A stretch of DNA of 64,000 nt, from positions 104,078 through 168,077 of the forward strand of contig OZ250161.1 in assembly GCA_965237985.1 (NCBI GenBank). The letters are read 5' to 3'. A program made the translations under genes and the position numbers. Origin of the DNA: Candidatus Oxydemutatoraceae bacterium. GTDB taxonomy: Bacteria; Pseudomonadota; Gammaproteobacteria; Poriferisulfidales; Oxydemutatoraceae. Under the pieces are notes generated by a model. That model saw only the letters and a program-made list of their open reading frames with translations, was not told the origin of the DNA and searched no databases. Positions 51,101 to 61,213 of the stretch are shown here, piece by piece (the stretch's first letter is position 1; each line of letters opens with the position of its first letter).

Positions 51101-54100
51101 ATGATGGCGAGTAAAATTGGTGGTCTGTTTGGGAAGTATTCGGGCACGTATGCCACAAGTGGTCGGGGTGGTGTGGGGCGCGAGGTGCTGGATGCCAAGG
51201 GGCAACGAAAAACGTCACGATACGAGTTGCGTGGTTTTGATGATAATGTTCCCCGAATCAGCAAGCGTGGCGGCAATTTTCTTGACCGTGTCGTATGTTG
51301 GCTTGAAGACCGTGTTTTTTCGCTTACGAGAAGTGGGAAATCTCCCTCGCTACGGCAAAAATCCAGCTATCAATTTGCTTATGATGTTGGTGAAGCACTT
51401 CTGGAAATAGACCCGAATCTGGGTGCTGAGGGTGGAAATGTCGACACACATGAGCTGGTGCGACGAATAGAATCTGTTCGGGTGCGGGATTTGTCACTTC
51501 GGTCAGGCTTTGTTCGCGATATTCTTCAGGAGGTTGCGACCTTGGCGCGGGAAGCAGATCATGGAGACACGCTGCCAGAGTTGGCCAGAAACGCTTTTCC
51601 CGTACAGAATCCTGTACGGGATGAAGACCCAGAGCAACCGGCTGCCGACCCGGAAGCGGGTGCCCCAGGCAATAATCACGAAGACGAAGAGGCGTTCCAG
51701 CAGGTTCTACCTCCTCCAGATGCACCCGTGGGTAGGGAAAATCGGCAGGAAGGTGGTGAAGATGTAGCCCCCCCTGATAGACCAGTTGAGCTTAATCAAG
51801 AAGTGGCGCCTCAGCTTGTTGCTAGACCAGCTGAGGCGCTATTTAACTTTACGGGTCTGAGTGAAGAAGAATTGTTCGACAAACTCCGCGACCCGGTGAG
51901 GTCTAAAATGGTTAAACCATTGCTGGATCAGCGGAATTTTTGGAAGGATGGGGACTATGAAGAGAAAAACAAGGCAGCTGATGCTATGGTCCATTTGGTG
52001 TCTGCCAAACTTGTTGGGGGTTTTGGTGGTTGTGAAAACGTACAAAAAGTTATGAATAATCACCTGGGTACTTTGAGGAATTTTGATATTCCAGAGGACC
52101 AGCGGACTGATGGGCAACTGCAAACAGAGGCACTGAATATCACAGTTCAGACATTCTCAGAAAATGAGGACGCTCTTGAGAGTACGTATCGGATCGTCGT
52201 AGAGGGAATTGGTAATTATACAGGTAGAAAAGAAGGCGTTTTTCTTGGCGCGGAAAATGTCGAGCAGCAGCCTATTGTTCACCCGGAAATGGGTGTCCCA
52301 GGCAATGGTCGCGGAGACGAAGAGCTGCCCCACCCGGTTCTACCTCCTCCCAATGTATTCGCCGCGCGGGGGGGATATCGGCAGCAGGAAGGTGGTGCAT
52401 ATGTTGCAGTCCAGCGTGATGGACCAGTTGCGCCTCATCAAGAAATGCAGATTCAGCCTGCTGCTGATCCAGTTGAGGAGAAATTTAGCTTTACGAATCT
52501 GAATGATGAACAATTGTTCGACAAACTCAACGACCCGGTGAAGTCTAAAATAGTTAACCCATTGCTGGAAGATCGGGATTTTTGGGAGGGTGGGTACAAT
52601 GAAGAGAAAGGCAAAGTAGTTGATGAGATTGTCCGTTCGGTGTCTGCCCGGCTTGTTGCTGTTTTGGGAAATCATGAACAGGTGAAACTTGATGCGAATG
52701 ACAAACTGGAAGTTTTGACGTTTTATGATGATAAAACTGATAAGCTGACTGATATGCAACTGCAAAGAGGGGCACTGGGTGTCGTAGTTCAAGAACACAT
52801 GGAAAAGGATGCAGAGCAGACGAAGCGGATCGTCATGGCGGGAATTAACCGTTATTTGGGTCAAGGCGTTCCTCTTGGCGTGGAAAATGTCGAGCAGCCG
52901 CCTTTTGCTGGTCCAGTTGAGGCGCCATTTAGCTTTGCGGATCTGGATGATGGACAATTGTTCGACAAATTACGCGCCCCGGTGATGTCTAAAATAGTTA
53001 ACCCATTGCTGGCCGAACAGGGTTTTTTGAAGGGTAGGTACAGTGACGAGGAACAAAAGGTAGTTGATAGGATTGTCCGTCTTGTGTCTATCCGGCTTGT
53101 TACTTCTTTTGGAAATTATAATGAGGTACGAGATGCTGCGAATAAAAACCTGGATACTTTGAGAGAACAAGACCAGGTGGGGCAGACTGATGCGCAACTG
53201 CAAACCTGGGCGCTGGAGCTCGTGGCTGTAGAATACGACGAAGAAAAGGCTGCAGGTCAAGCGATGCAGGTCGTCACACAGGAAATTAGTCGTCATGGCG
53301 CTCATGGGAGGGAGAAAGTGGATATGCACCCCGGCCCCAAGTCTACTGCACCTCCTGAAGATGTGGCGCAGGTTCAGCTTGCTGCTGATTCAGTTAGGGG
53401 GGTATTTAGCTTTATGGGTCTGGAAAATGAAGAATTTTATAGCAGACTCAGCGAACCGGTGAAGTCTAAAATAGTTGCCCCAGAGCTGAGAGAGCAGGAT
53501 TTTTTGCAGGATGGGGCAGATGAGAAGACAGTGGATATCGTTAGGTGGATTTCTAGGACGGTGGCTGGTGAGATTGTTGCCACTTCTGGAGGTATTGGAG
53601 AGGTAAAACAGGCTGCGAATGAAGCACTGGAATTATATAGAGTTGCTGTTGATGAAAATAACCCGCTGTCTGATGAGCAACTGCAATCCAGGGTGCTGGA
53701 GAACGTAGTTGAACAATACCAAGGAAAAGGGGCTGATGTAGTAGGCAGGTTGAAGGAGACCGTCGCGACGGAACTTGTCTATCATTTGAACAAAGCAAAG
53801 AAACCAAGCGCGCCAGTTGAAGAGCAGAAAGAGGTGGCGGCTGATCGGCCGGCAAAACCACAATACGCTATGCCAGGCGTGCAAGCTGAAGGAGTTCATG
53901 CTGCCCAACAAAGAGCTCTTGATGAGCAATTACCTTTTCAACAAATGTCTTCCGAAGGGTTTTTGAAAAGGCTCAGTGAGCAGGTAGAAGCCGAATATGT
54001 GCTTCCTGTACTTGGTGCTATGGAGAGGCAGGATGGTCCGGAAAAGGACAAGATGAAAGAAATAATGACGGTGAACGCAACTGTCTGGTTTGTCGCGAGT

Positions 54101-54532
54101 ATTAAGGGAGGTAAGACTGATATAATCAAGCAGGGAGCACAGGAAAGCTACAATGTAAAAGCCACTTTCTATGGACCTGAAGTTCAGGGGGGCGAGATTC
54201 AAAACGAAGTACTGAAGAATTTGTGTGTTGATGGTTTGACGGGTAGGGAGAAAGAAAAGCTGTATAAGATAGCTGGAGATAACACTTTGATTCAAGCTGG
54301 TCTGGGGAGGGATGATGATGTGTATATTGGAAAGGTCATTTTGGATAGAATAGCGGGCTATTTGGAAGTGGAAGCCCGGCGCCTCCCCGCCCACGGATCA
54401 GCTGTGGAGCACCAGCATGGTAACAACATTATCGACCCTAACAAAGAGGCTGTTGCTGGTTCTCAATCTATCGTGCCTGAGCCTGATGATTTTAGCCAGC
54501 CGGTTGGACCCACCCGTTCCGGTAGGTCGTAA
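51101..54532 (+). CDS. Paralog B, the only apparently intact member (1143 aa): conserved N-domain, four to five ~150-aa modules, distinct C-terminal domain
   Basis: Uninterrupted ORF. Modules begin FNFTGLSEEELFDKLRDPVRSKMVKPLL, FSFTNLNDEQLFDKLNDPVKSKIVNPLL, FSFADLDDGQLFDKLRAPVMSKIVNPLL and FSFMGLENEEFYSRLSEPVKSKIVAPEL. Confidence 0.7.
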   Translation: MMASKIGGLFGKYSGTYATSGRGGVGREVLDAKGQRKTSRYELRGFDDNVPRISKRGGNFLDRVVCWLEDRVFSLTRSGKSPSLRQKSSYQFAYDVGEALLEIDPNLGAEGGNVDTHELVRRIESVRVRDLSLRSGFVRDILQEVATLAREADHGDTLPELARNAFPVQNPVRDEDPEQPAADPEAGAPGNNHEDEEAFQQVLPPPDAPVGRENRQEGGEDVAPPDRPVELNQEVAPQLVARPAEALFNFTGLSEEELFDKLRDPVRSKMVKPLLDQRNFWKDGDYEEKNKAADAMVHLVSAKLVGGFGGCENVQKVMNNHLGTLRNFDIPEDQRTDGQLQTEALNITVQTFSENEDALESTYRIVVEGIGNYTGRKEGVFLGAENVEQQPIVHPEMGVPGNGRGDEELPHPVLPPPNVFAARGGYRQQEGGAYVAVQRDGPVAPHQEMQIQPAADPVEEKFSFTNLNDEQLFDKLNDPVKSKIVNPLLEDRDFWEGGYNEEKGKVVDEIVRSVSARLVAVLGNHEQVKLDANDKLEVLTFYDDKTDKLTDMQLQRGALGVVVQEHMEKDAEQTKRIVMAGINRYLGQGVPLGVENVEQPPFAGPVEAPFSFADLDDGQLFDKLRAPVMSKIVNPLLAEQGFLKGRYSDEEQKVVDRIVRLVSIRLVTSFGNYNEVRDAANKNLDTLREQDQVGQTDAQLQTWALELVAVEYDEEKAAGQAMQVVTQEISRHGAHGREKVDMHPGPKSTAPPEDVAQVQLAADSVRGVFSFMGLENEEFYSRLSEPVKSKIVAPELREQDFLQDGADEKTVDIVRWISRTVAGEIVATSGGIGEVKQAANEALELYRVAVDENNPLSDEQLQSRVLENVVEQYQGKGADVVGRLKETVATELVYHLNKAKKPSAPVEEQKEVAADRPAKPQYAMPGVQAEGVHAAQQRALDEQLPFQQMSSEGFLKRLSEQVEAEYVLPVLGAMERQDGPEKDKMKEIMTVNATVWFVASIKGGKTDIIKQGAQESYNVKATFYGPEVQGGEIQNEVLKNLCVDGLTGREKEKLYKIAGDNTLIQAGLGRDDDVYIGKVILDRIAGYLEVEARRLPAHGSAVEHQHGNNIIDPNKEAVAGSQSIVPEPDDFSQPVGPTRSGRS

Positions 54533-55279
54533 CGTTCATGAGACCGTGCCGGTGCCGCGGAAAATGTTCCTGTTTTCGAGTCAGGACAACATGGAGGAGT
54601 TATTACTGACCAACAGAAGGACCAATGATCGGAGATTTTATGACTGATTTGGGTGGGGGATCCGTCAGAGAATGCCTTCGTGCTGTTGCCATTGAAAAGG
54701 GCGTGGTGGCAGGCTACGCAAACGTAGCTCTGGATATTGATACCCCGGGGTATTAAAGTGAAAGCTACGTTTGATGGGCTCTGCGTCTCAAGAATGCCGG
54801 GTGCAGAATCTCGTTACGTTGATGTTGGAACACATCGCATTGATGTTGGAGACCATTACATTGGTGTTTGACACTTGCACTTAGCAGAGCGATTCATACC
54901 CACAACGATCTTGCAGATGCGAGAAGCCCTGTTGACTGGGGCGGTGCAGCAGAGCGAGAACAAGTCACCGGACGAGCTGTTGAGAGCTTTGGTGTTGAAT
55001 TTTGCACGAGTCTTAAGAGCGGCAGCTTAAGCCATGGTAAATGGGTTTGGCTGACGTTGTCTTGATTTCAAGCTCAGGATCGGCGGCCAGCTTGTCAGTC
55101 AGGTAAGCGTCTGTTGACGGGTTTGAGCATTGTTCCTGCGATAAAATTCGTAAAAACCTCCAGGAATGGTGTGGTCGAACGGTGATTTTAGCCAGCTGTC
55201 GGTTTGCGGTGTATTTATCGGACCACCATCAGAAAATCTGGCGTCAGGCACCCGATGAAACTTTTTCACCCAACACCGG

Positions 55280-55489
55280 TTACTCCGTGTGGAGTATCGT
55301 TCCCCGATTGCTTTCTCCCCGTTCAGACTCTGAACATTGTTTCCGCGGCCTTAGTGTTGGTGTGCGGTGTGCCGACACGATTTTCTTCTCGTAGGGAATG
55401 GCGAAGCTGTCCAGGCGTTCAGCGGCGTGTCTCATGACTGGCCAGTCATTTTTGCTACCCATGAGGAGTCCGACGACTGGTTCTTTCAT
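55280..55489 (-). pseudogene. Duplicated 5' fragment of purE (first 46 codons, then divergence)
   Basis: [46 protein letters not shown] is identical to PurE. Part of a segmental duplication that carries the paralog leader. Confidence 0.7.
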
Positions 55490-56095
55490 GATTTTTCCAG
55501 GTTCCGGTTAAATATGCAGGGAATGGTTGCGTTCCGGTTATTCTGCCACATCTTCCGGCTCAGGTTCAGGTACTGGTAGGGCAGGGTGCCGGTAAGGGTG
55601 CAGTGGCAACCAGTTTTTCCGTCCAGATTACGTGTCATTAGAAAACGACCGGATGCTCGCACACGATCGATCGGGGGGGCATGACGAAGTTCCAGCAGGA
55701 AATGCCTGAGCTAAAAAGCAAGCATCTCAAATGGGATAAAACCGGCATGATCAGGTTGCTCAGCACCGACAGAAAATTTGACACAGAGATTCTGTTGGTT
55801 TAGAATACAGGGACTGGCTGGGTTCGCGTGCGGTGGTTCAGTGGACATTCGTCGGTGTTGTTGTATAGCAGCGGAGGGGCTGTCGGCGTGCGAATCATTG
55901 AACGATGCGGGTGCGAGAAGTGGCTGTGAGTGGTCATTCACTCTTGGGTGCTGCTGTGAGAAAAACAGCTGTGGCAAGCTGTCCCGGGTATGGGGCTGAT
56001 GGCCCATGTTTCAATCAAAGCCGATAAAGGCTGTTTTTCGGATTGCCGGAGCATGGTGGAGCGCATATGCATCCATGAGTTGAAAACTGGAGGTA

Positions 56096-56659
56096 ATGAT
56101 GGCGAATGAAATTAGTGGTCTGTTTGGGAAGTATGAGAGCACGTATACCACAGTTCAGAGTGGGGGAGCTCGCGAGGAGATGGATGCCAAGGGGCAACGA
56201 AAGACGTCACGATACGAGTTGCGTGGTTTTGATGCTGATGGTCTCCGAATCAGCAAGCGTGGCGGCAATTTTCTTGACCGTGTCGTATGTTGGTTTGAAG
56301 ACCGTGTTTTTTCGCTTACGAGAGTGGATGCGACTATCTCTATACGGCAACAATCCAGCAAACAATTTGCTGAAGATGTTTCCGCAGCACTTATAGCAAT
56401 GGACCCGAAACTGAAAGTTGTAGACCCGAATCCGGAAGCTGTGGGCCATAATCTGAAAGAGGGGGAAATAGATCTCAGCAAACATGATTTGATGCAACAA
56501 ATAGAATCTGTTCGGGTGCGGGATTTGCCACTTCGGTCAGGCTTTGTTCTCGGTATTCTTCAGGAGGTTGCGAACTTGGCGCGGATGAATGAAGGTAGTG
56601 TAGGCAATCTGCCAGATTTGGCCAAAAAGGCTTTTCCCGACAATCGAGCCAACCCCTAA
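56096..56659 (+). CDS. Paralog C, truncated (187 aa), followed by out-of-frame module fragments up to about 57000
   Basis: Same conserved N-terminus, then stop. ORF 56748..57140 continues with an FSFTNLNDEQLYGRL module in another frame. Confidence 0.5.
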   Translation: MMANEISGLFGKYESTYTTVQSGGAREEMDAKGQRKTSRYELRGFDADGLRISKRGGNFLDRVVCWFEDRVFSLTRVDATISIRQQSSKQFAEDVSAALIAMDPKLKVVDPNPEAVGHNLKEGEIDLSKHDLMQQIESVRVRDLPLRSGFVLGILQEVANLARMNEGSVGNLPDLAKKAFPDNRANP

Positions 56660-57129
56660 CCGGCTGTCCACCCGGCTCTACCTTTTTCCAATGCATTCGG
56701 GGGTAGGGGAAATCGACAGGAAGGTGGTGAGGATGTAGCCCGCCCTGATGGATCAGCTGAGCCTCATCAAGGAGTGCAGATTCAGCCTGTTGCTGGATCC
56801 AGTTGAGGAGCAATTTAGCTTTACGAATCTGAATGATGAACAATTGTACGGCAGACTCCGCGGCCCGGTGAGGTCTGAAATAGTTAACCCATGTCTGAAC
56901 GAGCAGAATTTTTGGAAGGATGGGGAAGATGAAGGGAAAATGCGGTTCGTTGATGAGATTGTCCATGAGGTGGCTGTGAGAAAAACAGCTGTGGCAAGCT
57001 GTCCCGGGTATGGTCTGATGATCAATGTTTCAATCAAAGCCGACAGATGCTGTTGTTCTGGTTGCCGGAGTATGGTGGAGCGTTCCTTGGCCGCATTATG
57101 CATCCATGAGTTGAAAACTGGAGGCAATT

Positions 57130-58368
57130 ATGGCGAATGATATTGGCGGTCTGTTTAAAAAGTATTCGGGTACGTATTCCACGGCTCAGGGTTCCACGGC
57201 TCAGGGTGATGTGGGTCGCGAGGTGCTGGATGCCAAGGGGCAACGAAAGACGTCTCGGCACGAGTTGCGTGGTTTTGATGCTGGTGTTCCCCGAATCAGC
57301 AAGCGTGGCGGTAATTTTCTTGACCGTGTCGTATGTTGGCTTGAAGACCGTGTTTTTTCGCTTACGAGAAGTGGGAGCCGTCTCTCGCCACGGCAAAAAT
57401 CCAGCAATCAATTTGCTGCTGATGTTGCTGAAGCACTTCGAGAAATAGACCCGGATCTGGTTGCTGAGGGTGGAGGTGGCGAGAAACATGATCTGGTGCG
57501 ACGAATAGAATCTGTTCAGGTGCGGGATTTGCCACTTCGGTCAGGCTTTGTTCGCGGTATTCTTCAGGAGGTTGCGACCTTGGCGCGGAGAGCAGAGCAT
57601 GGAGACAAGCTGCCAGATTTGGCCAAAAACGCTTTTCCCGTACAGGATGGAAGGCTAGGGCAACCGGCTGTCCACCCGGAAGTGGGTGCCCAAGACAATC
57701 GCGAAGCCGAAGAGGTGATCCACCAGAATCTACCTTTGCCCCATGCACTCGGGGGTAGGGGAAATCGGCAGGAAGGTGGTGAAGATGTAGCCCGCCCTGA
57801 TGGATCAGCTGAGCCTCATCAAGGAGTGCAGATTCAGCCTGTTGCTGATCAAGTTGAGGAGCCATTTAGCTTTGCGGATCTGAATGATGAACAACTTTTG
57901 GGCAGACTCAGAGAACCGGTGAAGTCTAAAATGATTATCCCAGTGCTGCGCGAACGGGGTTTATGGGCGGCGGGGGCAGGTGATGAGCAAGAGCGGGAGC
58001 AGATAGCTGATAGGATTGTCGATGATGTGGCTAACGCGGTTGTTGCTGCTGGTAAAGGTGGTCTTGAACAGCTAAAACTTGATGCGGATGGTTCACTGGG
58101 TTTATTGAGAACTGTTGCTTCTTCTGGCCGTGAGGTCGTGGTGACTGATAGGCAACTGCAAAACAGGGCATTGAAAGCCGTAGTTGAACAACACATAGGA
58201 AGACTTTCTGCAGTCCGGTCGGTGGAGATCGTCACGGAGATAATTGACCGTCATCTTAGAGGGCGACCAGACGGTCTTAGCATGGAAAATCACGGGCAAG
58301 AGGTAGTGGATGATGAGTGGCTGGCAGTGCCAGGCGAGCAAGCTAAAGCAGTTCATACTGCCCAATAA
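57130..58368 (+). CDS. Paralog D (412 aa); its C-terminal region is cut by an IS481-family insertion at 58558
   Basis: Conserved N-terminus (MANDIGGLFKKYSGTY...) and two modules. After the stop, in-frame remnants of the family C-terminal domain (MTVNATVCFVVNIK) run into the IS end. Confidence 0.6.
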   Translation: MANDIGGLFKKYSGTYSTAQGSTAQGDVGREVLDAKGQRKTSRHELRGFDAGVPRISKRGGNFLDRVVCWLEDRVFSLTRSGSRLSPRQKSSNQFAADVAEALREIDPDLVAEGGGGEKHDLVRRIESVQVRDLPLRSGFVRGILQEVATLARRAEHGDKLPDLAKNAFPVQDGRLGQPAVHPEVGAQDNREAEEVIHQNLPLPHALGGRGNRQEGGEDVARPDGSAEPHQGVQIQPVADQVEEPFSFADLNDEQLLGRLREPVKSKMIIPVLRERGLWAAGAGDEQEREQIADRIVDDVANAVVAAGKGGLEQLKLDADGSLGLLRTVASSGREVVVTDRQLQNRALKAVVEQHIGRLSAVRSVEIVTEIIDRHLRGRPDGLSMENHGQEVVDDEWLAVPGEQAKAVHTAQ

Positions 58369-58557
58369 AGACAGAATGATGAGTAATTATCTTTTCAAGA
58401 AATGTCTTCCGAAGGGTTTTTGAAAAGGCTCAGTGAGCAGGTAGAAGCCCAATATGTTCTTCCTCATGCTAAGGGGGTTCAGAATGGTCCGGAAAGGGAA
58501 CGGATGAAAAAAATAATGACGGTGAACGCAACTGTCTGTTTTGTCGTGAATATAAAG

Positions 58558-60756
58558 TGTAGAAGTTTAGACCCAATCTGACACATCACTCAATCAAGCT
58601 GAGCGCAGCGAAGCTTGATTGAGTGAGAGTTACCCGTTTAGATGTAATTGCAATATTAACATCCAAACAAAGAGGTAACTCTCATGATCCATACTAACGA
58701 TAAAGTCATTAAATATAAAGTCGGCCTACTCAATCTGGCTGAAGAACTCGGAAACGTCTCAAAAGCCTGCAAGATGATGGGCGTATCCAGAGATACTTTC
58801 TATCGATACAAAGCCGCTGCTGATGAAGGTGGCATTGAAGCACTTTTTGATCAAAACAGGCGTATCGCGAACCTCAAAAATAGAGTTGATCCTGCGATTG
58901 AATCCATCGTCGTTGAACACGCTCTGGAAGAACCTGCCCATGGGCAGACCCGAACCAGCAATGAGCTACGCAAAATGGGGACATATTATTTCGCCGACGG
59001 GCGTACGAAGTATTTGGTTACGCCATAACCTGGCTTGCTTTAAATGTAGAAGTTTAGACCCAATCTGACACATCACTCAATCAAGCTGAGCGCAGCGAAG
59101 CTTGATTGAGTGAGAGTTACCCGTTTAGATGTAATTGCAATATTAACATCCAAACAAAGAGGTAACTCTCATGATCCATACTAACGATAAAGTCATTAAA
59201 TATAAAGTCGGCCTACTCAATCTGGCTGAAGAACTCGGAAACGTCTCAAAAGCCTGCAAGATGATGGGCGTATCCAGAGATACTTTCTATCGATACAAAG
59301 CCGCTGCTGATGAAGGTGGCATTGAAGCACTTTTTGATCAAAACAGGCGTATCGTGAACCTCAAAAATAGAGTTGATCCTGCGATTGAATCCATCGTCGT
59401 TGAACACGCTCTGGAAGAACCTGCCCATGGGCAGACCCGAACCAGCAATGAGCTACGCAAAATGGGGACATATTATTTCGCCGACGGGCGTACGAAGTAT
59501 TTGGTTACGCCATAACCTGGCTTGCTTTAAATGTAGAAGTTTAGACCCAATCTGACACATCACTCAATCAAGCTGAGCGCAGCGAAGCTTGATTGAGTGA
59601 GAGTTACCCGTTTAGATGTAATTGCAATATTAACATCCAAACAAAGAGGTAACTCTCATGATCCATACTAACGATAAAGTCATTAAATATAAAGTCGGCC
59701 TACTCAATCTGGCTGAAGAACTCGGAAACGTCTCAAAAGCCTGCAAGATGATGGGCGTATCCAGAGATACTTTCTATCGATACAAAGCCGCTGCTGATGA
59801 AGGTGGCATTGAAGCACTTTTTGATCAAAACAGGCGTATCGTGAACCTCAAAAATAGAGTTGATCCTGCGATTGAATCCATCGTCGTTGAACACGCTCTG
59901 GAAGAACCTGCCCATGGGCAGACCCGAACCAGCAATGAGCTACGCAAAATGGGGACATATTATTTCGCCGACGGGCGTACGAAGTATTTGGTTACGCCAT
60001 AACCTGGCTTGCCTTAAAGATCGACTCAAAGCACTATCCGATAAAGTGGCCACTGAAGGCCTGATTCTTACTGAACCTCAAGTCGCTGCCATGGAACGCA
60101 AACAAGATGACGATCAGGCCTGTGGTGAGATAGAAACAGCCCACCCTGGCTATTTGGGCTCGCAAGACACTTACTATGTGGGTATATTCAAGGATATTGA
60201 CCGAGTCTATCAGCAGACGTTTGTTGATACTTACAGTAAAGTCGCTCACGCCAAGCTCTACACCACCAAAACGCCGATTACCGCCGCTGATATGCTCAAT
60301 GATCGTGTGTTGCCGTTCTATGAGGAACAAGCACTTCCCATGCTGCGGATTCTCACCGACCGTGGTACAGAATATTGTGGTCGAGCTGACCAACATGATT
60401 ACCAGCTCTACCTGGCTTTGAATGATATTGAGCACACCAAAACCAAAGTCAGGTCACCGCAAACCAATGGCATTTGTGAACGCTTCCACAAGACCCTTCT
60501 CAATGAGTTTTACCAAGTGACCTTGCGTAAGAAAATCTATCAATCGATAGAAGAATTACAAATTGATCTTGACAAATGGCTCATCAAATACAATACTCAA
60601 CGAACTCACCAAGGCAAAATGTGCTGTGGGAGAACGCCGATGGAAACTCTCATCGACGGCAAATCAATCTGGAAGGAAAAGTCTTTGAACTAAACTTAAC
60701 CTGACAGTCGGTTGCTGATAAACGGGTAACTGTCAGATCAAGTCTGAATTTCTACA
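58558..60756 (+). mobile_element. IS481-family insertion sequence whose left end (terminal repeat, leader and first 114 codons) is tandemly triplicated (3 x 487 bp)
   Basis: Terminal repeats TGTAGAAGTTTAGACCCAATCTGACA at 58558 and TGTCAGATCAAGTCTGAATTTCTACA ending at 60756. Unit starts at 58558, 59045 and 59532. rve-type DDE ORF at 59860..60693. Confidence 0.8.
59658..60693 (+). pseudogene. IS481-family transposase (HTH plus rve DDE domain) with a +1 frameshift near 59960 relative to the inverted copy
   Basis: ORF A ends ...ELRKMGTYYFADGRTKYLVTP-stop while ORF B continues HIISPTGVRSIWLRHNL. The copy at 63.3 kb reads ELRKMGTFVSPTGVRSIW in one frame. The difference is GACATATTATTTCGCC versus GACATTTGTTTCGCC. 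Confidence 0.7.
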
Positions 60757-61213
60757 CATTAGAAAACGACCGGATGCTCGCACACGATCGATCGGGGGGG
60801 CATGACGAAGTTCCAGCAGGAAATGCCTGAGCTAAAAAGCAAGCATCTCAAATGGGATAAAACTGGCATGATCAGGTTGCTCAGCACCGACAGAAAATTT
60901 GACACAGAGATTCTGTAGGTTTAAAATACAGGAACTGGCTGGGTTCGTGGATATTCGTCGGTGTTGTTGTATAGTAGCGGAGGGGCTGCTGGCGTGCGAA
61001 TTATTGAACGATGCGGGTGCGAGAAGTGGCTGTGAGTGGTCATTCACTCTTGGGTGCTGCTGTGAGAAAAACAGCTGTGACAAGCTGTCCCGGGTATGGG
61101 GCTGATGGCCCATGTTTCAATCAAAGCAGATAAAGGCTGTTTTTCGGATTGCCGGAGCATGATGGAGCGTTCCTTGGTCGTGTTATGCATCCATGAATTG
61201 AAAACTGGAGGTA

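Noticed and set aside
54417-54647. 76-aa ORF overlapping the end of paralog B, and short ORFs at 54640..54871
   Set aside because: The first begins inside paralog B in another frame. The short downstream ORFs resemble shuffled fragments of the family C-terminal domain (VKATFDG). I could not support them as genes, although they are mentioned as possible immunity-like candidates.
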